From contig DASXJJ010000061.1 of the NCBI GenBank assembly GCA_036497465.1, positions 11,534-75,533 of the forward strand: a DNA stretch of 64,000 nt, written 5' to 3'. Of the stretch, positions 20,164 through 30,415 are shown piece after piece. This DNA comes from Pseudonocardia sp. Lineage in GTDB: Bacteria > Actinomycetota > Actinomycetes > Mycobacteriales > Pseudonocardiaceae. A program made the translations under genes and the position numbers. Below the pieces are notes generated by a model. The model made no database searches. It saw only the letters and a list, made by a program, of their open reading frames with translations, and was not told where the DNA came from. The stretch's first letter is position 1, and every line of letters starts with the position of its first letter.

Positions 20164-21656
20164 CCTTCGTCCTCCTCCGTGCCCGCCTCGGCGGGGTCGT
20201 CCTCGGCGCTGGGCGGCACCGGACGGCCCGGCCAGGTGGCCAGCGTGCGCACGTACATGTCCCGCACCTCGTCGGCGTGCCGACGCACGGTCCGGGGCTG
20301 CCAACCCTCGGTGTCCACCGGGGGCAGCACCCGCACCTGGACGGTGCCCGAGCGGATGGTCTGGGCGCCGCGCCACATCACCTCGCCGGCGTTGCGGATC
20401 ACGATCGGCACGATCGGCACCCCCGCCTGCATGGCGATGTGGAACGCCCCGGCCTTGAACCGGCCCAGCCTCGGCGTCGCGGAGCGGGTGCCCTCCGGCG
20501 CCATCAGCAACGACATCCGGTCGTTGCGCATCTTGGCGATGGTCGGCTCCAGCGCCGTGCGGGCCTGCGCGGTGTTGCCCCGGTCCACGAACGCCACGTC
20601 GGCGAGCTGGAACATCAGCCCGAAGCCGGGCACGTTCCTGGCCTCCTTCTTGGCCACCCCGGTGAACCCCCCGCGCAGCAGCTTCATCCCGATGAACGGG
20701 TCGATCTTGCTCTGGTGGTTGAAGATGAAGATCGCGGGCCGGTGCGCCAGGTGCTCGGCACCCTCCAGCACCTCCACGTGCACCCCGGCGAGCTCCAACC
20801 CGACGTCGGAGCCCACCGAGCCTGCCACGTCCACGATCGCCCGCCGCGACCGGCGCAACAGCCCGACGCCCAGCCCGGCACCCAACGCGCCGGCGAACGC
20901 CCCGTAGAAGCCCACCGTGCGGGCCATCTCCAGCGCGCCCGGCCACCCGCCGCGCGGCACGCAACGCAGCACCGGCCAGCCGCGCCGGACGGCCTCCTCG
21001 GCCAGCCGCTCCTCCGGTTCGACCACGACCGGGTTGCCCACGGACTCGAGGAACATGACGTCCTCGTCGCCGTCGGCGTAGGCGAAGGAGCGGGTCAGGT
21101 CCAGGCCCCGCTCGGCGGCGAGCCTGCGCAGCGCCCGAGCCTTGGCCAGCCCCCACACCGGCCGATCGCGCACCCGCCCGGTCAGCCGGCCGTCCTCGAC
21201 CTCCACCTCGGTGCACAGCAGGTGGTGCGCGCCCAGCTCGCGGGCCATCGGTCCGGCCTGGAACCGGGTGCCGGACGAGGCCAGCACGACGGTGTGCCCC
21301 ATGGCGTGGTGCGCGGCGACCAGCTCCCACACCTCGCTGTGCAGCTGGGCCGCGATCTCGTGCTTGAACAGCGACTCCCCCAGCGCGGTCAGCTCCTGCT
21401 CGGTGCGCCCCCGCCAGCCACCCAGCGACAGCTCCACCTGCTCGGCGAACTCGCGCTCGGTCGACACCCCGCGCAGGCCGGCCCAGGCCATCCGGGCCAG
21501 GTCGACGGGGCCGAGCTCCCTGTCCCGGAACCGCTGGTGCGCGAACGCGTCCACCGAGTCGCCGGAGATCACCGTGCCGTCGTAGTCGAAGCACGCCACG
21601 ATCTCCGGGCCGCGCGGTGCCGCGTAGACGCGGCCGATCAGGTCGTCCACCGTCAT
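20160..21656 (-). CDS. HAD-IB hydrolase / lysophospholipid acyltransferase fusion
   Basis: FDYDGT, NHQS..D, PEGTRS; 4-bp overlap with WS/DGAT. Confidence 0.92.
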   Translation of the reverse strand: MTVDDLIGRVYAAPRGPEIVACFDYDGTVISGDSVDAFAHQRFRDRELGPVDLARMAWAGLRGVSTEREFAEQVELSLGGWRGRTEQELTALGESLFKHEIAAQLHSEVWELVAAHHAMGHTVVLASSGTRFQAGPMARELGAHHLLCTEVEVEDGRLTGRVRDRPVWGLAKARALRRLAAERGLDLTRSFAYADGDEDVMFLESVGNPVVVEPEERLAEEAVRRGWPVLRCVPRGGWPGALEMARTVGFYGAFAGALGAGLGVGLLRRSRRAIVDVAGSVGSDVGLELAGVHVEVLEGAEHLAHRPAIFIFNHQSKIDPFIGMKLLRGGFTGVAKKEARNVPGFGLMFQLADVAFVDRGNTAQARTALEPTIAKMRNDRMSLLMAPEGTRSATPRLGRFKAGAFHIAMQAGVPIVPIVIRNAGEVMWRGAQTIRSGTVQVRVLPPVDTEGWQPRTVRRHADEVRDMYVRTLATWPGRPVPPSAEDDPAEAGTEEDEG

Positions 21657-21933
21657 CGGAGCTCCCCCGTCCCGGCGGCCCGCCCGCCCCCCGAGGACGT
21701 CGACGGCCACCGTGCTCTCGCGCCGGACCGGTGCACCCCGGCGCGGGGCCAAACCTACCTGCTCAGCCACCTCGTCGGCGGAGCGCGTATCGGCCGGCCA
21801 GTACCGTTCACCCGCGGTTCACACCCACTCGAGCGGTCCGGCGACACGCCGGGCGGACACACAAACGGTCAGCATTGACCGGAAGTGGCCGGCCCGGCAC
21901 ACTGAGCCCACTTCACCGCCGAAGGAGGCTGAT

Positions 21934-22695
21934 GTGGACATCAAGGGTGGCGTCGCACTGATCACGGGCGGCGCTTCCGGCCTCGGGCTGGCCACCGCGC
22001 GCACGCTGCTCGGCGCCGGCGCCCGGGTGCTGCTGGCCGACCTGCCGAGCTCGAACGGCGTCCAGGTCGCGAACGACCTGGGCGAGCAGGCCGGGTTCGT
22101 GGCCACCGACGTCACCGACGAGGCCGCCGTGTCCGCCGCGCTGGACGGCGCCGCCGCGCTGGGCGAGCTGCGCGTCGTGGTCAACTGCGCCGGGATCGGC
22201 CCGCCGGAGCGGGTGCTCGGGAAGAAGGGTCCACACTCCCTGGCCACCTTCAGCAAGGTCGTCCAGGTGAACCTGGTCGGCACGTTCAACGTGATCCGGC
22301 TGGCCGCCGAACGGATGCAGGAGCTGGAGCCGGAGGACGGCGAGCGCGGCGTGCTGGTGTGCACCGCGTCCGTGGCCGCGTTCGACGGCCAGGTGGGGCA
22401 GGCCGCCTACTCGGCCTCCAAGGGCGGCATCGTGGGCATGACGCTGCCCATCGCGCGCGACCTGGCCGACCGGCAGATCCGCATCGTCACCATCGCGCCG
22501 GGACTCTTCGACACCCCGCTGCTGGCCGGCCTCCCGGACGAGGCGCGCGCGTCCCTCGGCAACCAGGTGCCGCACCCGCGCCGGCTGGGCGACCCGGCCG
22601 AGTACGGCGCGCTGGTCGAGCACATCGTGGCCAACCCGATGCTGAACGGCGAGGTCATCAGGCTCGACGGCGCGGTCCGGATGGCGCCCCGCTAG
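21934..22695 (+). CDS. SDR, 3-hydroxyacyl-CoA dehydrogenase type 2 (HSD10-like)
   Basis: [44 protein letters not shown]. Confidence 0.95.
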   Translation: MDIKGGVALITGGASGLGLATARTLLGAGARVLLADLPSSNGVQVANDLGEQAGFVATDVTDEAAVSAALDGAAALGELRVVVNCAGIGPPERVLGKKGPHSLATFSKVVQVNLVGTFNVIRLAAERMQELEPEDGERGVLVCTASVAAFDGQVGQAAYSASKGGIVGMTLPIARDLADRQIRIVTIAPGLFDTPLLAGLPDEARASLGNQVPHPRRLGDPAEYGALVEHIVANPMLNGEVIRLDGAVRMAPR

Positions 22696-22730
22696 CGCAC
22701 GCTTCCTCGAACGGGACGGGGCCGGCGACC

Positions 22731-24626
22731 ATGGAGTGGGAGTTCGACGAGCGGGCCTCCGGCGCGTTCTACTCCCGTGCGGTGGTCGGGGACCTGTGCC
22801 CCGACCCGGTCACCCCGCTGACCGCGACGGTCGGGGTGGCCGCCGAGCTCGGCGCCGCCTGGCGGGACGTGTACGCCGAGGCGGGGCTGCTCGCGGCGGC
22901 CGACGCGCCCCCGCGCCCGGAACGGCGACCGGTGGTGATGTTCGGTGCCCACCTCTACCTGAACACCTCGCTGCTGCGCCGGTTCGGCGTGCACGCCACC
23001 GGTGCGGACCCGACGGTGTTCGCCCGCCAGTACCTGGGCGAGCGCGCCGACGTGCCCCGGCAGCGCGACGAGCCGGCCACCCCGCCGGTCCCGGCGGCGC
23101 GGCCGAGGGAGTGGGCCGACCGCGCGCTCCTCCCGGCTCCCGACCTGCGCTGCTACGAGGTGGCCCGGCGCGGCGCCGCCGAGCTGGTCGGCTCCCGCCC
23201 CGAGCTCGCCGGGCTCACCGACGACCAGCTGATCGACCGGCTGGAGCGCGTCCGGCCCGCGCTGCGCGAGGCGCTGCGGCTGCACGCGCGGGCCGAGCTG
23301 GCGCTGGCGGTGGCCGCGGAGCTGCTGACCCGCACCGCCGGGGACGCCGGCTTCCCCGGGGCGACCGGCGCCCTGGTGGCCGGGAACGGCGGTGCGGAAC
23401 CCGAGCCGCCGCTGGGGCGGCTGTGGGAGCTGGCCGCGCTGGTCCGGGGCTCCGGCCGGCTCGGCCGGCTGTTCGACCAGGGCACCGACGACGTCTCCGG
23501 CGAGCTCGACACCGCGCGCACCGGCGACCTCGCCGAGCTGCGGCGCGGGCGGGACCGGCTGTGCGCCGACCTCGGCCACCTCGGCCCCTCGGAGTGGGAG
23601 CTCGGCGCCGACAGCTGGGGCACCGACACCCGGCTGACCCTGCACCTGGTGGACACCCTGCGCCGGGTGGCCGGCCGGCCCACGCCCCCCGACCGCGCCG
23701 GCACGTGCGCCGCCCGCAGCGCCGAGTCAGCCGCGCGGGTGCGCCGCGCGCTCCGGGCCACCCCGGCCGCCACCGCCCGGTTCGACCGGACGCTGGCCGC
23801 CACGGCGCGGTGGCTCCAGGTACGGCGCGGCGCCAGGGCGGTGGTCTCCTCGGTACACCACGAGCAGCGGCTCGCTGCCCGGGAGCTGGGCGTGCGGCGG
23901 GTGCGCAGCGGCGTGCTGGACGAGGTGGACCAGGTGTTCATGCTGCTGCACGCCGAGCTGCGCGCGTTCGCGGCCGACTCCGCCGAGTTCGGCGAACCGC
24001 TGCGGATGCGGGCCTACGACTACTTCGCGCTGGCCACCTACCAGCCCCCGTTCGTCACGGTCGGCCAGCCGCCGCCGGTGGTGCGCTGGCCGAGGGGCGC
24101 GACCGGCGCGCCCGCGTTCGGCCGCCGCCTGAGCGGCACCCCCGTCGCGCCGGGGCGCGCCGTGGGGCCCGCGCGGCTGCCCGGGCCGCCGGAGGCCGGG
24201 TCGGGGGTCCGGCCGGGCGACGTCCTGGTGCTACCCGCCGGCGGACCCGCCTGGGTGCCGTTGCTGGCCGCCGCCGCCGCGGTCGTGGTGGACGGCGGGT
24301 CCGCGCTGTCCGACGTGGCGGTGGCCTGCCGCGACCTGGACATCCCGTGCGTGGCCGCCACCGTCGACGCGACCGCCCGCATCCACCAGGGCACCGCCGT
24401 GGAGGTCGACGGGACCACCGGCTCCGTCCGGCTCGCGCCCCGGCCGGTCGCGGAGCACCGCGCGGCCGGCCGGGCCGGAGCGACGCCCCGGGTCGGCTCG
24501 CGGGTGGCCGCCGCACCGGGGACCGACGGGGCGCGGGACGACGGGCGGCACGGGACGCCCGTGCCGGAGGAAGCTGCGCCGAGGCCCGAGGGGGCCGCCC
24601 CGGGACCGGAGGAGCGCCGTGGCTGA
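22731..24626 (+). CDS. PEP-utilising-enzyme mobile-domain protein without ATP-grasp; catalytic His replaced by Asp
   Basis: PDPVTPLT N-terminus; C-terminal DGGSALSDVAVACRDLDIPCV..VEVDGTTGSV. Confidence 0.8.
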   Translation: MEWEFDERASGAFYSRAVVGDLCPDPVTPLTATVGVAAELGAAWRDVYAEAGLLAAADAPPRPERRPVVMFGAHLYLNTSLLRRFGVHATGADPTVFARQYLGERADVPRQRDEPATPPVPAARPREWADRALLPAPDLRCYEVARRGAAELVGSRPELAGLTDDQLIDRLERVRPALREALRLHARAELALAVAAELLTRTAGDAGFPGATGALVAGNGGAEPEPPLGRLWELAALVRGSGRLGRLFDQGTDDVSGELDTARTGDLAELRRGRDRLCADLGHLGPSEWELGADSWGTDTRLTLHLVDTLRRVAGRPTPPDRAGTCAARSAESAARVRRALRATPAATARFDRTLAATARWLQVRRGARAVVSSVHHEQRLAARELGVRRVRSGVLDEVDQVFMLLHAELRAFAADSAEFGEPLRMRAYDYFALATYQPPFVTVGQPPPVVRWPRGATGAPAFGRRLSGTPVAPGRAVGPARLPGPPEAGSGVRPGDVLVLPAGGPAWVPLLAAAAAVVVDGGSALSDVAVACRDLDIPCVAATVDATARIHQGTAVEVDGTTGSVRLAPRPVAEHRAAGRAGATPRVGSRVAAAPGTDGARDDGRHGTPVPEEAAPRPEGAAPGPEERRG

Positions 24627-25284
24627 GCCGACGAGCCGACCCCGGCCGCCGAGGCGCAGCCGCACCGAACGCAGCGCGGACAGCCGCCAGCTGATCCTGG
24701 ACGCCACGCTGGAGTGCCTCCACGAGCTCGGCTACGCCCGCACCACGACGCTGACCATCCAGGCCAGAGCCGGCGTCTCCCGGGGGCGCCTGCTGCACCA
24801 CTTCCCGTCGCGGGAGGGGCTGCTGGTGGCCGCCTGCCAGCACCTCGCCAGCACGCACCTGAGCGAGCTGCGCGCCTGGCCGTCCGGTTCGCCGGAGCAC
24901 GACCTCGAACCGGCCGCCGACCGGCTGGACCTGGCGGTCGACGTGCTGTGGTCCACGTTCGACCAGCCGTACTTCTGGGGCGCCGTCGAGCTGTGGACCG
25001 CGGCCCGCACCGAACCCACCCTGCGCGCCACGCTGCGGCCCGAGGAACGCCGGCTGGGCATCGCCGTGCGGCAGGCCATCGACGCGCAGTTCGGGCCTGC
25101 GTTCACCGGCCATCCCCGCTACCCGCTCGTCCGCGAGACGCTGCTGACCAGCATGCGCGGGGTGGCGCTCACCTACTCCTTCGACGAGCGCGACCGGGAC
25201 AGGGACACCCACCTGCCGCTGTGGCGGTACATCGCCCGGCTGCTGCTCGAGCCGGCGGACACGCCGGCTCCCTCAGCCCGGTAG
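24619..25284 (+). CDS. TetR/AcrR regulator
   Basis: ILDAT..CL...GYA.TT...I..RAGVSRG.LLHHF. Confidence 0.93.
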   Translation: MAEPTSRPRPPRRSRTERSADSRQLILDATLECLHELGYARTTTLTIQARAGVSRGRLLHHFPSREGLLVAACQHLASTHLSELRAWPSGSPEHDLEPAADRLDLAVDVLWSTFDQPYFWGAVELWTAARTEPTLRATLRPEERRLGIAVRQAIDAQFGPAFTGHPRYPLVRETLLTSMRGVALTYSFDERDRDRDTHLPLWRYIARLLLEPADTPAPSAR

Positions 25285-26235
25285 CAGCTTGAGCAGTACG
25301 AACAGCGCGATGACCAGCACGATCGCGATCACCGCGATGGTGACCATCGTGCGGTCCCGCCCGCCCCGGGCCGCTTGCCGGGGCTCAAGCGGGCGCCGGT
25401 CGGCGTCGGCCTGCGCCTCCTCCAGCCGGGGCGGGCCCGACTGGTCGGAGAACTCGTAGCGCTGATCGAAGTCGTCGCTGGACTTGACGCCGTCGAGCAA
25501 CTCCATCGGCGAGCCGACCGCGACGATCCGGCCGTTCACCATGATCGCCAGCCGGTCCGCCATCTCGCGCGCCAGCTCCAGCGTGTGCGTGGTGATCAGC
25601 AGGGTGCACCCGGTGCGATCGTGCATCTTCCGCACGGCGTTGACCATCGCCTCGGAGTGCTTCTGGTCCAGGCCGACGTCGATCTCGTCGAGCACGATCA
25701 GCGGAGCGTCCGTCACCAGTGCCCTGGCCAGCGCCACCCGCTTCCACGCGTGCGCCGGAAGGCTCTCGGGCATCTGGTCGGCCATCTCGTCCAGGTTCAG
25801 CTCGCGCAGCTGGCGCATGGCGATGTCGTAGCGCTCGTCCTCCGGCACCCCGATCGCCTCGAGGGTGTAGATCAGGTTCTCGACGACGCTGATCGAGCTG
25901 AACACCGAGGTGGTGAACAGGTTGCTGCCGCCGAGCATCGCCCCGATGCCCTTGCGCACGTCCTGCCACTGCGCCGGCGTCGACTCCCAGATGTCCCGCC
26001 CGTCGAACCGCACCGTGCCGCCGGACGGCTCGAGCAGCCCCACCAGGTGCTTGATCAATGTCGTCTTGCCGACACCCGACGGCCCCATCAGCACCGTGAT
26101 CTTGCCGGCCGGCAGGCGCAGGGCCAGCCGGTGCATCACGGCCGTGTCGTCGAGGATGGTGGTGATGTTGTCCATCTCCACCTCGGGCGCGAGCAGTTCG
26201 GTGCGCGGCCGGGTCGGCTCCATTCCGGCCTCCAT
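25273..26235 (-). CDS. ABC ATPase, Mkl/MlaF-like, degenerate signature, C-terminal TM
   Basis: GPSGVGKT, LIVLDE, TTH; signature reads LPAHAWKR; start may be 26223. Confidence 0.85.
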   Translation of the reverse strand: MEAGMEPTRPRTELLAPEVEMDNITTILDDTAVMHRLALRLPAGKITVLMGPSGVGKTTLIKHLVGLLEPSGGTVRFDGRDIWESTPAQWQDVRKGIGAMLGGSNLFTTSVFSSISVVENLIYTLEAIGVPEDERYDIAMRQLRELNLDEMADQMPESLPAHAWKRVALARALVTDAPLIVLDEIDVGLDQKHSEAMVNAVRKMHDRTGCTLLITTHTLELAREMADRLAIMVNGRIVAVGSPMELLDGVKSSDDFDQRYEFSDQSGPPRLEEAQADADRRPLEPRQAARGGRDRTMVTIAVIAIVLVIALFVLLKLLPG

Positions 26236-26359
26236 TCTTCAACCATAGCGCGATGCGCGAGTGCTGTGATCTGATTGCCGGGGAGCATATCGCAGATCGG
26301 TTGGACGCAACGCATCGGGGAAAACGTCGCACTTTCGGATGAATATCTCGGAAATACGT

Positions 26360-26632
26360 TTACCGAGGTGCCGGCGGAGGTGGCCCGCCGAGAATGGAAA
26401 TGGCCGCGGCGACCACGAAGAGCCCGCCGACGACCAGGCAGCCGTAGGCTCCCCAGCGCAGGCCGACCTCCCGGCGCTCCCGCTGGTGCCGCGTCATCTT
26501 GGGGATCTTGCCGTGCCGGAATCCGGTGCGCACACCCCACCAGCCCAGGCCCAGAAGTGCCAGGCCCAGGACACCGAATAGCACGATGGCGAAAATGACG
26601 ACTCCCTTCGTCGGGCGCACCACCGAGGCCAC
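26360..26632 (-). CDS. Small two-TM membrane protein
   Basis: Two hydrophobic segments around a basic loop; start uncertain. Confidence 0.6.
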   Translation of the reverse strand: MASVVRPTKGVVIFAIVLFGVLGLALLGLGWWGVRTGFRHGKIPKMTRHQRERREVGLRWGAYGCLVVGGLFVVAAAISILGGPPPPAPR

Positions 26633-26723
26633 CGCGACGATTCAACCCTCGATACCCGCAGGCCCGAGATCGGCCGGCGCGCCGAATATACCGGTGAATT
26701 CGCGGCACCGTCGCGTCGGGAGA

Positions 26724-27968
26724 TCAGCCGTCCCGTCGGCCGTCGCTGCCCCGACCGTGCTCCATGCCGAGCCAGCGGGACACCGCCTCGGCCCGGTTGG
26801 CCGCACCCAGCTTGCGCAGGATGTGCTTGACGTGCGACTTGACCGTGCCCTCGGAGATCACCAGGCGGCGGCCGATCCGGCCGTTCGTGTCACCGGCCGC
26901 CATCAGCCGCAGCACCTCGACCTCGCGGCGGGTCAGGGTCGAGCCCTCCCCCGGGTGCGAGATCAGGTCCTCGTAGCCGGCCCGGCCGCGCTGCACCACC
27001 ATCCGGGAGAAGCCGGGCGGGGGCCTGCCCCGGTCGCCCCCCAACCGCACCGGCTCGCCCTCGGCGTGCGACAGCGTGCCCGCGACCTCGTCGATGCTCG
27101 ACCGGACGGACAGCAGCCGGTCCATCATCGTGGTGCGCCCGAGGGCCTGGCCGAGCCCCTCGGCGAACATCGTGAGCAGCTGGCGGTCGAAGTCGTCCGG
27201 GTTGCGCCTCTGGTAGTAGCAGTCGGCGTGCACGAAGCCGACGACGTCGCCGCCGGCCACCAGCGGTGCCGCCGCGTAGGAGGTGGACAGCGACGCGTCG
27301 GCGATCGGCCGGTGCACGGCCGGACGCTCCTGCACGTTGGTCACCAGGATCCCGACCCGCCTGCGGACCATCTCGGTCTCCACCAGGGTGCGGTCCAGCA
27401 CCTGCGGGTTGGTCTGGCCGACCCGCAGGATCTCCTCGCTCCACCGGGCGTCGCGCTCGATGAACACCTTCTCCGGGATCCAGGACGAGTCCTCGATCCG
27501 GGACAGGATGCTGCGGTCGAAGCCCAGCGCGCAGGCCGCGACCGTCGCCTGGGCGACCAGCCGCTCGGTGGAGCTCGCGTCCCGCAGCAGGGCCAGCGCC
27601 TCGCGCAACCGGCCCAGCCCGGCGTCCCGCTGCCGCAGGCGCTCGTCCTGCAGGCCCGCCTCGACCCGCCGGATCTCGTTGAGCAGGTCCAGGTAGACGT
27701 CGAGGTCCGGGGAGCCGCCGGACCGGGCCACGCCGCTGAGCGCGCTGAACACCCGGCCCCACGAGTCGGTGAGCACGCGGCGGGCGTCCGGGTAGTCGAC
27801 GACGCACGCCGGGTCGGGCAGGTCCGATGCGTCGAGCGCGCTGCGCACCCCGAGCAGGATGTCGGCCACGTCGTCCCGCGAGGGCGCGGGCAGCGGCGTG
27901 CCACGTCCGGCCCACTCGACCCGGAGCTCCGGGTCGACGGCCGCGGCGCTGAGGCCATCTGGTCGCAT
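26724..27968 (-). CDS. GAF + LuxR HTH regulator
   Basis: SYAAAPL..G.VVGFVHAD; LTRREVEVL.LMA.G.TN..I...L.ISEGTVKSHV. Confidence 0.92.
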   Translation of the reverse strand: MRPDGLSAAAVDPELRVEWAGRGTPLPAPSRDDVADILLGVRSALDASDLPDPACVVDYPDARRVLTDSWGRVFSALSGVARSGGSPDLDVYLDLLNEIRRVEAGLQDERLRQRDAGLGRLREALALLRDASSTERLVAQATVAACALGFDRSILSRIEDSSWIPEKVFIERDARWSEEILRVGQTNPQVLDRTLVETEMVRRRVGILVTNVQERPAVHRPIADASLSTSYAAAPLVAGGDVVGFVHADCYYQRRNPDDFDRQLLTMFAEGLGQALGRTTMMDRLLSVRSSIDEVAGTLSHAEGEPVRLGGDRGRPPPGFSRMVVQRGRAGYEDLISHPGEGSTLTRREVEVLRLMAAGDTNGRIGRRLVISEGTVKSHVKHILRKLGAANRAEAVSRWLGMEHGRGSDGRRDG

Positions 27969-28197
27969 GTCTACTCCTCGAGGAGGACCCCGGATCGCGT
28001 GCGGCGCCCGGGCGTGTCACTGAGGTTAACGCCGGCCGGACGGGCAGGGTTCGCCGGCGAACCCGTCCCCCGGCGTGACACGCCGTCGCCGCCGCGAATC
28101 ACCTGATCGACGGGCATGGTATCCGGGCGGCGAGCGGGGCGGCGAGCCCGCGCGAATTCCGGTAGTGGCGGATGCCAGGGGTTCGTACGGTCGGGGG

Positions 28198-29412
28198 GTG
28201 AGAAGGACCGTGCTCGTCGCCGGCGCCAGCATCGCCGGGCCCGCCCTCGCCCACTGGCTGCACCGCTACGGCTTCGCCGTGACCGTGGTGGAGCGCGCCC
28301 CCGCGTTGCGGCCCGGCGGCCAGGCCGTCGACCTGCGCGGCGTCGCCAAGGAGGCGGTCCGCCGGATGGGCCTGCTGGAGGCGGTGCGGGCGGCCTGCAC
28401 CGACACCCGGGGCATGTCGGTGGTGGACGAGCGGAACCGGCCGCTGGTGGAGCTGCGCGCGGACATGTTCGACGGCGACGGGTTCATCGCCGAGTACGAG
28501 ATCCTGCGCGGCGACCTGGCCGAGGTGCTGTACCGGGCCACCGAGCCGCACGTCGAGTACCTGTTCGGCCAGCGGATCACCGGGCTGGACCAGGACGACA
28601 GCGGCGTCGCGGTGACCCTGTCCTCGGGTGCCCGCCGCCGGTTCGACCTGGTGGTCGGCGCGGACGGCCTGCACTCCGGGTTGCGCGCGCTGGTGTTCGG
28701 CCCCGAGTCGGCCCGCCTGCGCGACCTGGGCCACCTGCTCGCGTTCTTCACCGTGCCGAACCGGCTGCGGCTGAGCTCCTGGATGCACACCTACGCCGAG
28801 CCGCACCGGTCGGCGGCGATCCGCAGCATCCACCACGACTCCGAGGCGATGGCGCTGCTGGCCGTCCGGGGCACCCGGGCCGACTACGACCCGAGGGACT
28901 CCGACGGGCAGCGGGAGCTGCTGCGTTCCCGGCTGGCCGGGATGGGCTGGGAGGTGCCCGACCTGCTGGACCGGATGGACACCGCGACGGACTTCTACTT
29001 CGACTCCTGCAGCCAGGTGCACCTGGACCGCTGGTCGGACGGCCGGGTGGTGCTGCTCGGCGACGCCGCGTTCTGCGCCTCACCGATCTCCGGGCAGGGC
29101 ACCAGCCTGGCGGTGCTGGGCGCCTACCTGCTGGCCGGCGAGCTGGCCGGGGCGGGCGGCGACCACGCGGCGGCGTTCGCCGCGTACGAGTCCCGGATGC
29201 GCCCGATCGTCGGGATCACCCAGAGCTTCGCCCGGGACAACGCGCGGCACTTCGCCGCCCGCAACCGCCTCGGGCTGCGGGTGCAGCGCACGGCGATGCG
29301 GCTCGCCGGCCGGCGCCCGCTCACCACGCTGATCGCCCGGCGGATGGAGAAGGTGGTCAACGGCGTCGAGCTGCCCGACTACCGGCACCTGCTGGTCGGC
29401 GCGGCGGGCTGA
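28198..29412 (+). CDS. FAD-dependent monooxygenase
   Basis: GASIAG, DLVVGADGLHS, LLGDAA..ASP.SGQG. Confidence 0.93.
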   Translation: MRRTVLVAGASIAGPALAHWLHRYGFAVTVVERAPALRPGGQAVDLRGVAKEAVRRMGLLEAVRAACTDTRGMSVVDERNRPLVELRADMFDGDGFIAEYEILRGDLAEVLYRATEPHVEYLFGQRITGLDQDDSGVAVTLSSGARRRFDLVVGADGLHSGLRALVFGPESARLRDLGHLLAFFTVPNRLRLSSWMHTYAEPHRSAAIRSIHHDSEAMALLAVRGTRADYDPRDSDGQRELLRSRLAGMGWEVPDLLDRMDTATDFYFDSCSQVHLDRWSDGRVVLLGDAAFCASPISGQGTSLAVLGAYLLAGELAGAGGDHAAAFAAYESRMRPIVGITQSFARDNARHFAARNRLGLRVQRTAMRLAGRRPLTTLIARRMEKVVNGVELPDYRHLLVGAAG

Positions 29413-29478
29413 CCGCCGCGTACGGCCCGGCGCGGTGGCCACTCGGGTGGCTCGGGTCGCTCCGGTGGCCCGGGTCGC

Positions 29479-30297
29479 TCAGGTGGCGAACAGCTGGGTG
29501 GCGGTCACCGGGCGCAACCCACGCTCCTTCAGGTCGGCCAGGATGGCCGGGATCGCGGTCAGCGTGACCTGGTGGCCCAGGTGCATGCTCACCACGCTGC
29601 CTGCCTTGGCCTTGCGCAGCTGGGCGCGCACGGTGGCCGGCGACGGGTCGGTGTAGTCCAGCGAGTCGATGTCGTAGGACAGCACCCGGGGGTAGCCGGC
29701 CGCACCGGCGAGCCTGCGCAGCTCGGCGGTGGCGTGCTGCGCCGCGGACTGCCGGAAGAACGCGCCGGGGCCGCCGCTCAGCTCGGCGAGCTTGTCCCGG
29801 CAGCGCTCGATCTCGGCGCGCTGGCCGGCCTCGCTGAGCTTGGTCATGGTCTTGTGCGACCAGGTGTGGTTGCCCAGCTCGTGGCCGAGGTCGGTGGCGA
29901 TCTTCGCGGCGTCCGGGTACTCGTTCAGCCAGGTGCCGATGGCCATCACGGTGACGTGCGCGCCCCCGTGCGCGAGTGCCTCGAGCACCTTGCGGTCCAG
30001 CGTGCGGTCGCCCGCCCCGTGGAAGGTCAGGGCCACCTCGGGGCGGCCGGTGTCGGCCCGGACCAGCTCGGTGGCCGGCGGACCGGGCTCGCCCAGCGCC
30101 GGGGTGGCCGGGGTGGCCGGGGCATCCGGCGGCGGCGCCGGTTGCGCCCGCCCGGCGTCCGCGTCCGGGGCCGGCGGGCGGGCGTCGGGGTCGGCGCCGC
30201 CGGACGGGGCGCAGGCGGCCAGGCCGAGCAGTGCGCCCGCGGCGACACCGCCCCGCAGCAGGGCGCGTCGGGGCAGGCCGGGGGTCTCCCTCGTCAT
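29479..30297 (-). CDS. Polysaccharide deacetylase (CE4-like), putative Tat lipoprotein
   Basis: RRALL + LAAC; TFHG, NHTWSH, DSLDY, MHLG. Confidence 0.88.
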   Translation of the reverse strand: MTRETPGLPRRALLRGGVAAGALLGLAACAPSGGADPDARPPAPDADAGRAQPAPPPDAPATPATPALGEPGPPATELVRADTGRPEVALTFHGAGDRTLDRKVLEALAHGGAHVTVMAIGTWLNEYPDAAKIATDLGHELGNHTWSHKTMTKLSEAGQRAEIERCRDKLAELSGGPGAFFRQSAAQHATAELRRLAGAAGYPRVLSYDIDSLDYTDPSPATVRAQLRKAKAGSVVSMHLGHQVTLTAIPAILADLKERGLRPVTATQLFAT

Positions 30298-30415
30298 CCA
30301 CCCATCATGATGCCGACCGACTGAGAGCCCGGCGCTGCCCCGCGCCGGCGACCTCCGGTGACACCCCGGCCGGGGCCGCGGCCGGGCGGAGCCCACCCGG
30401 TAGGCTGGCTGGTCG

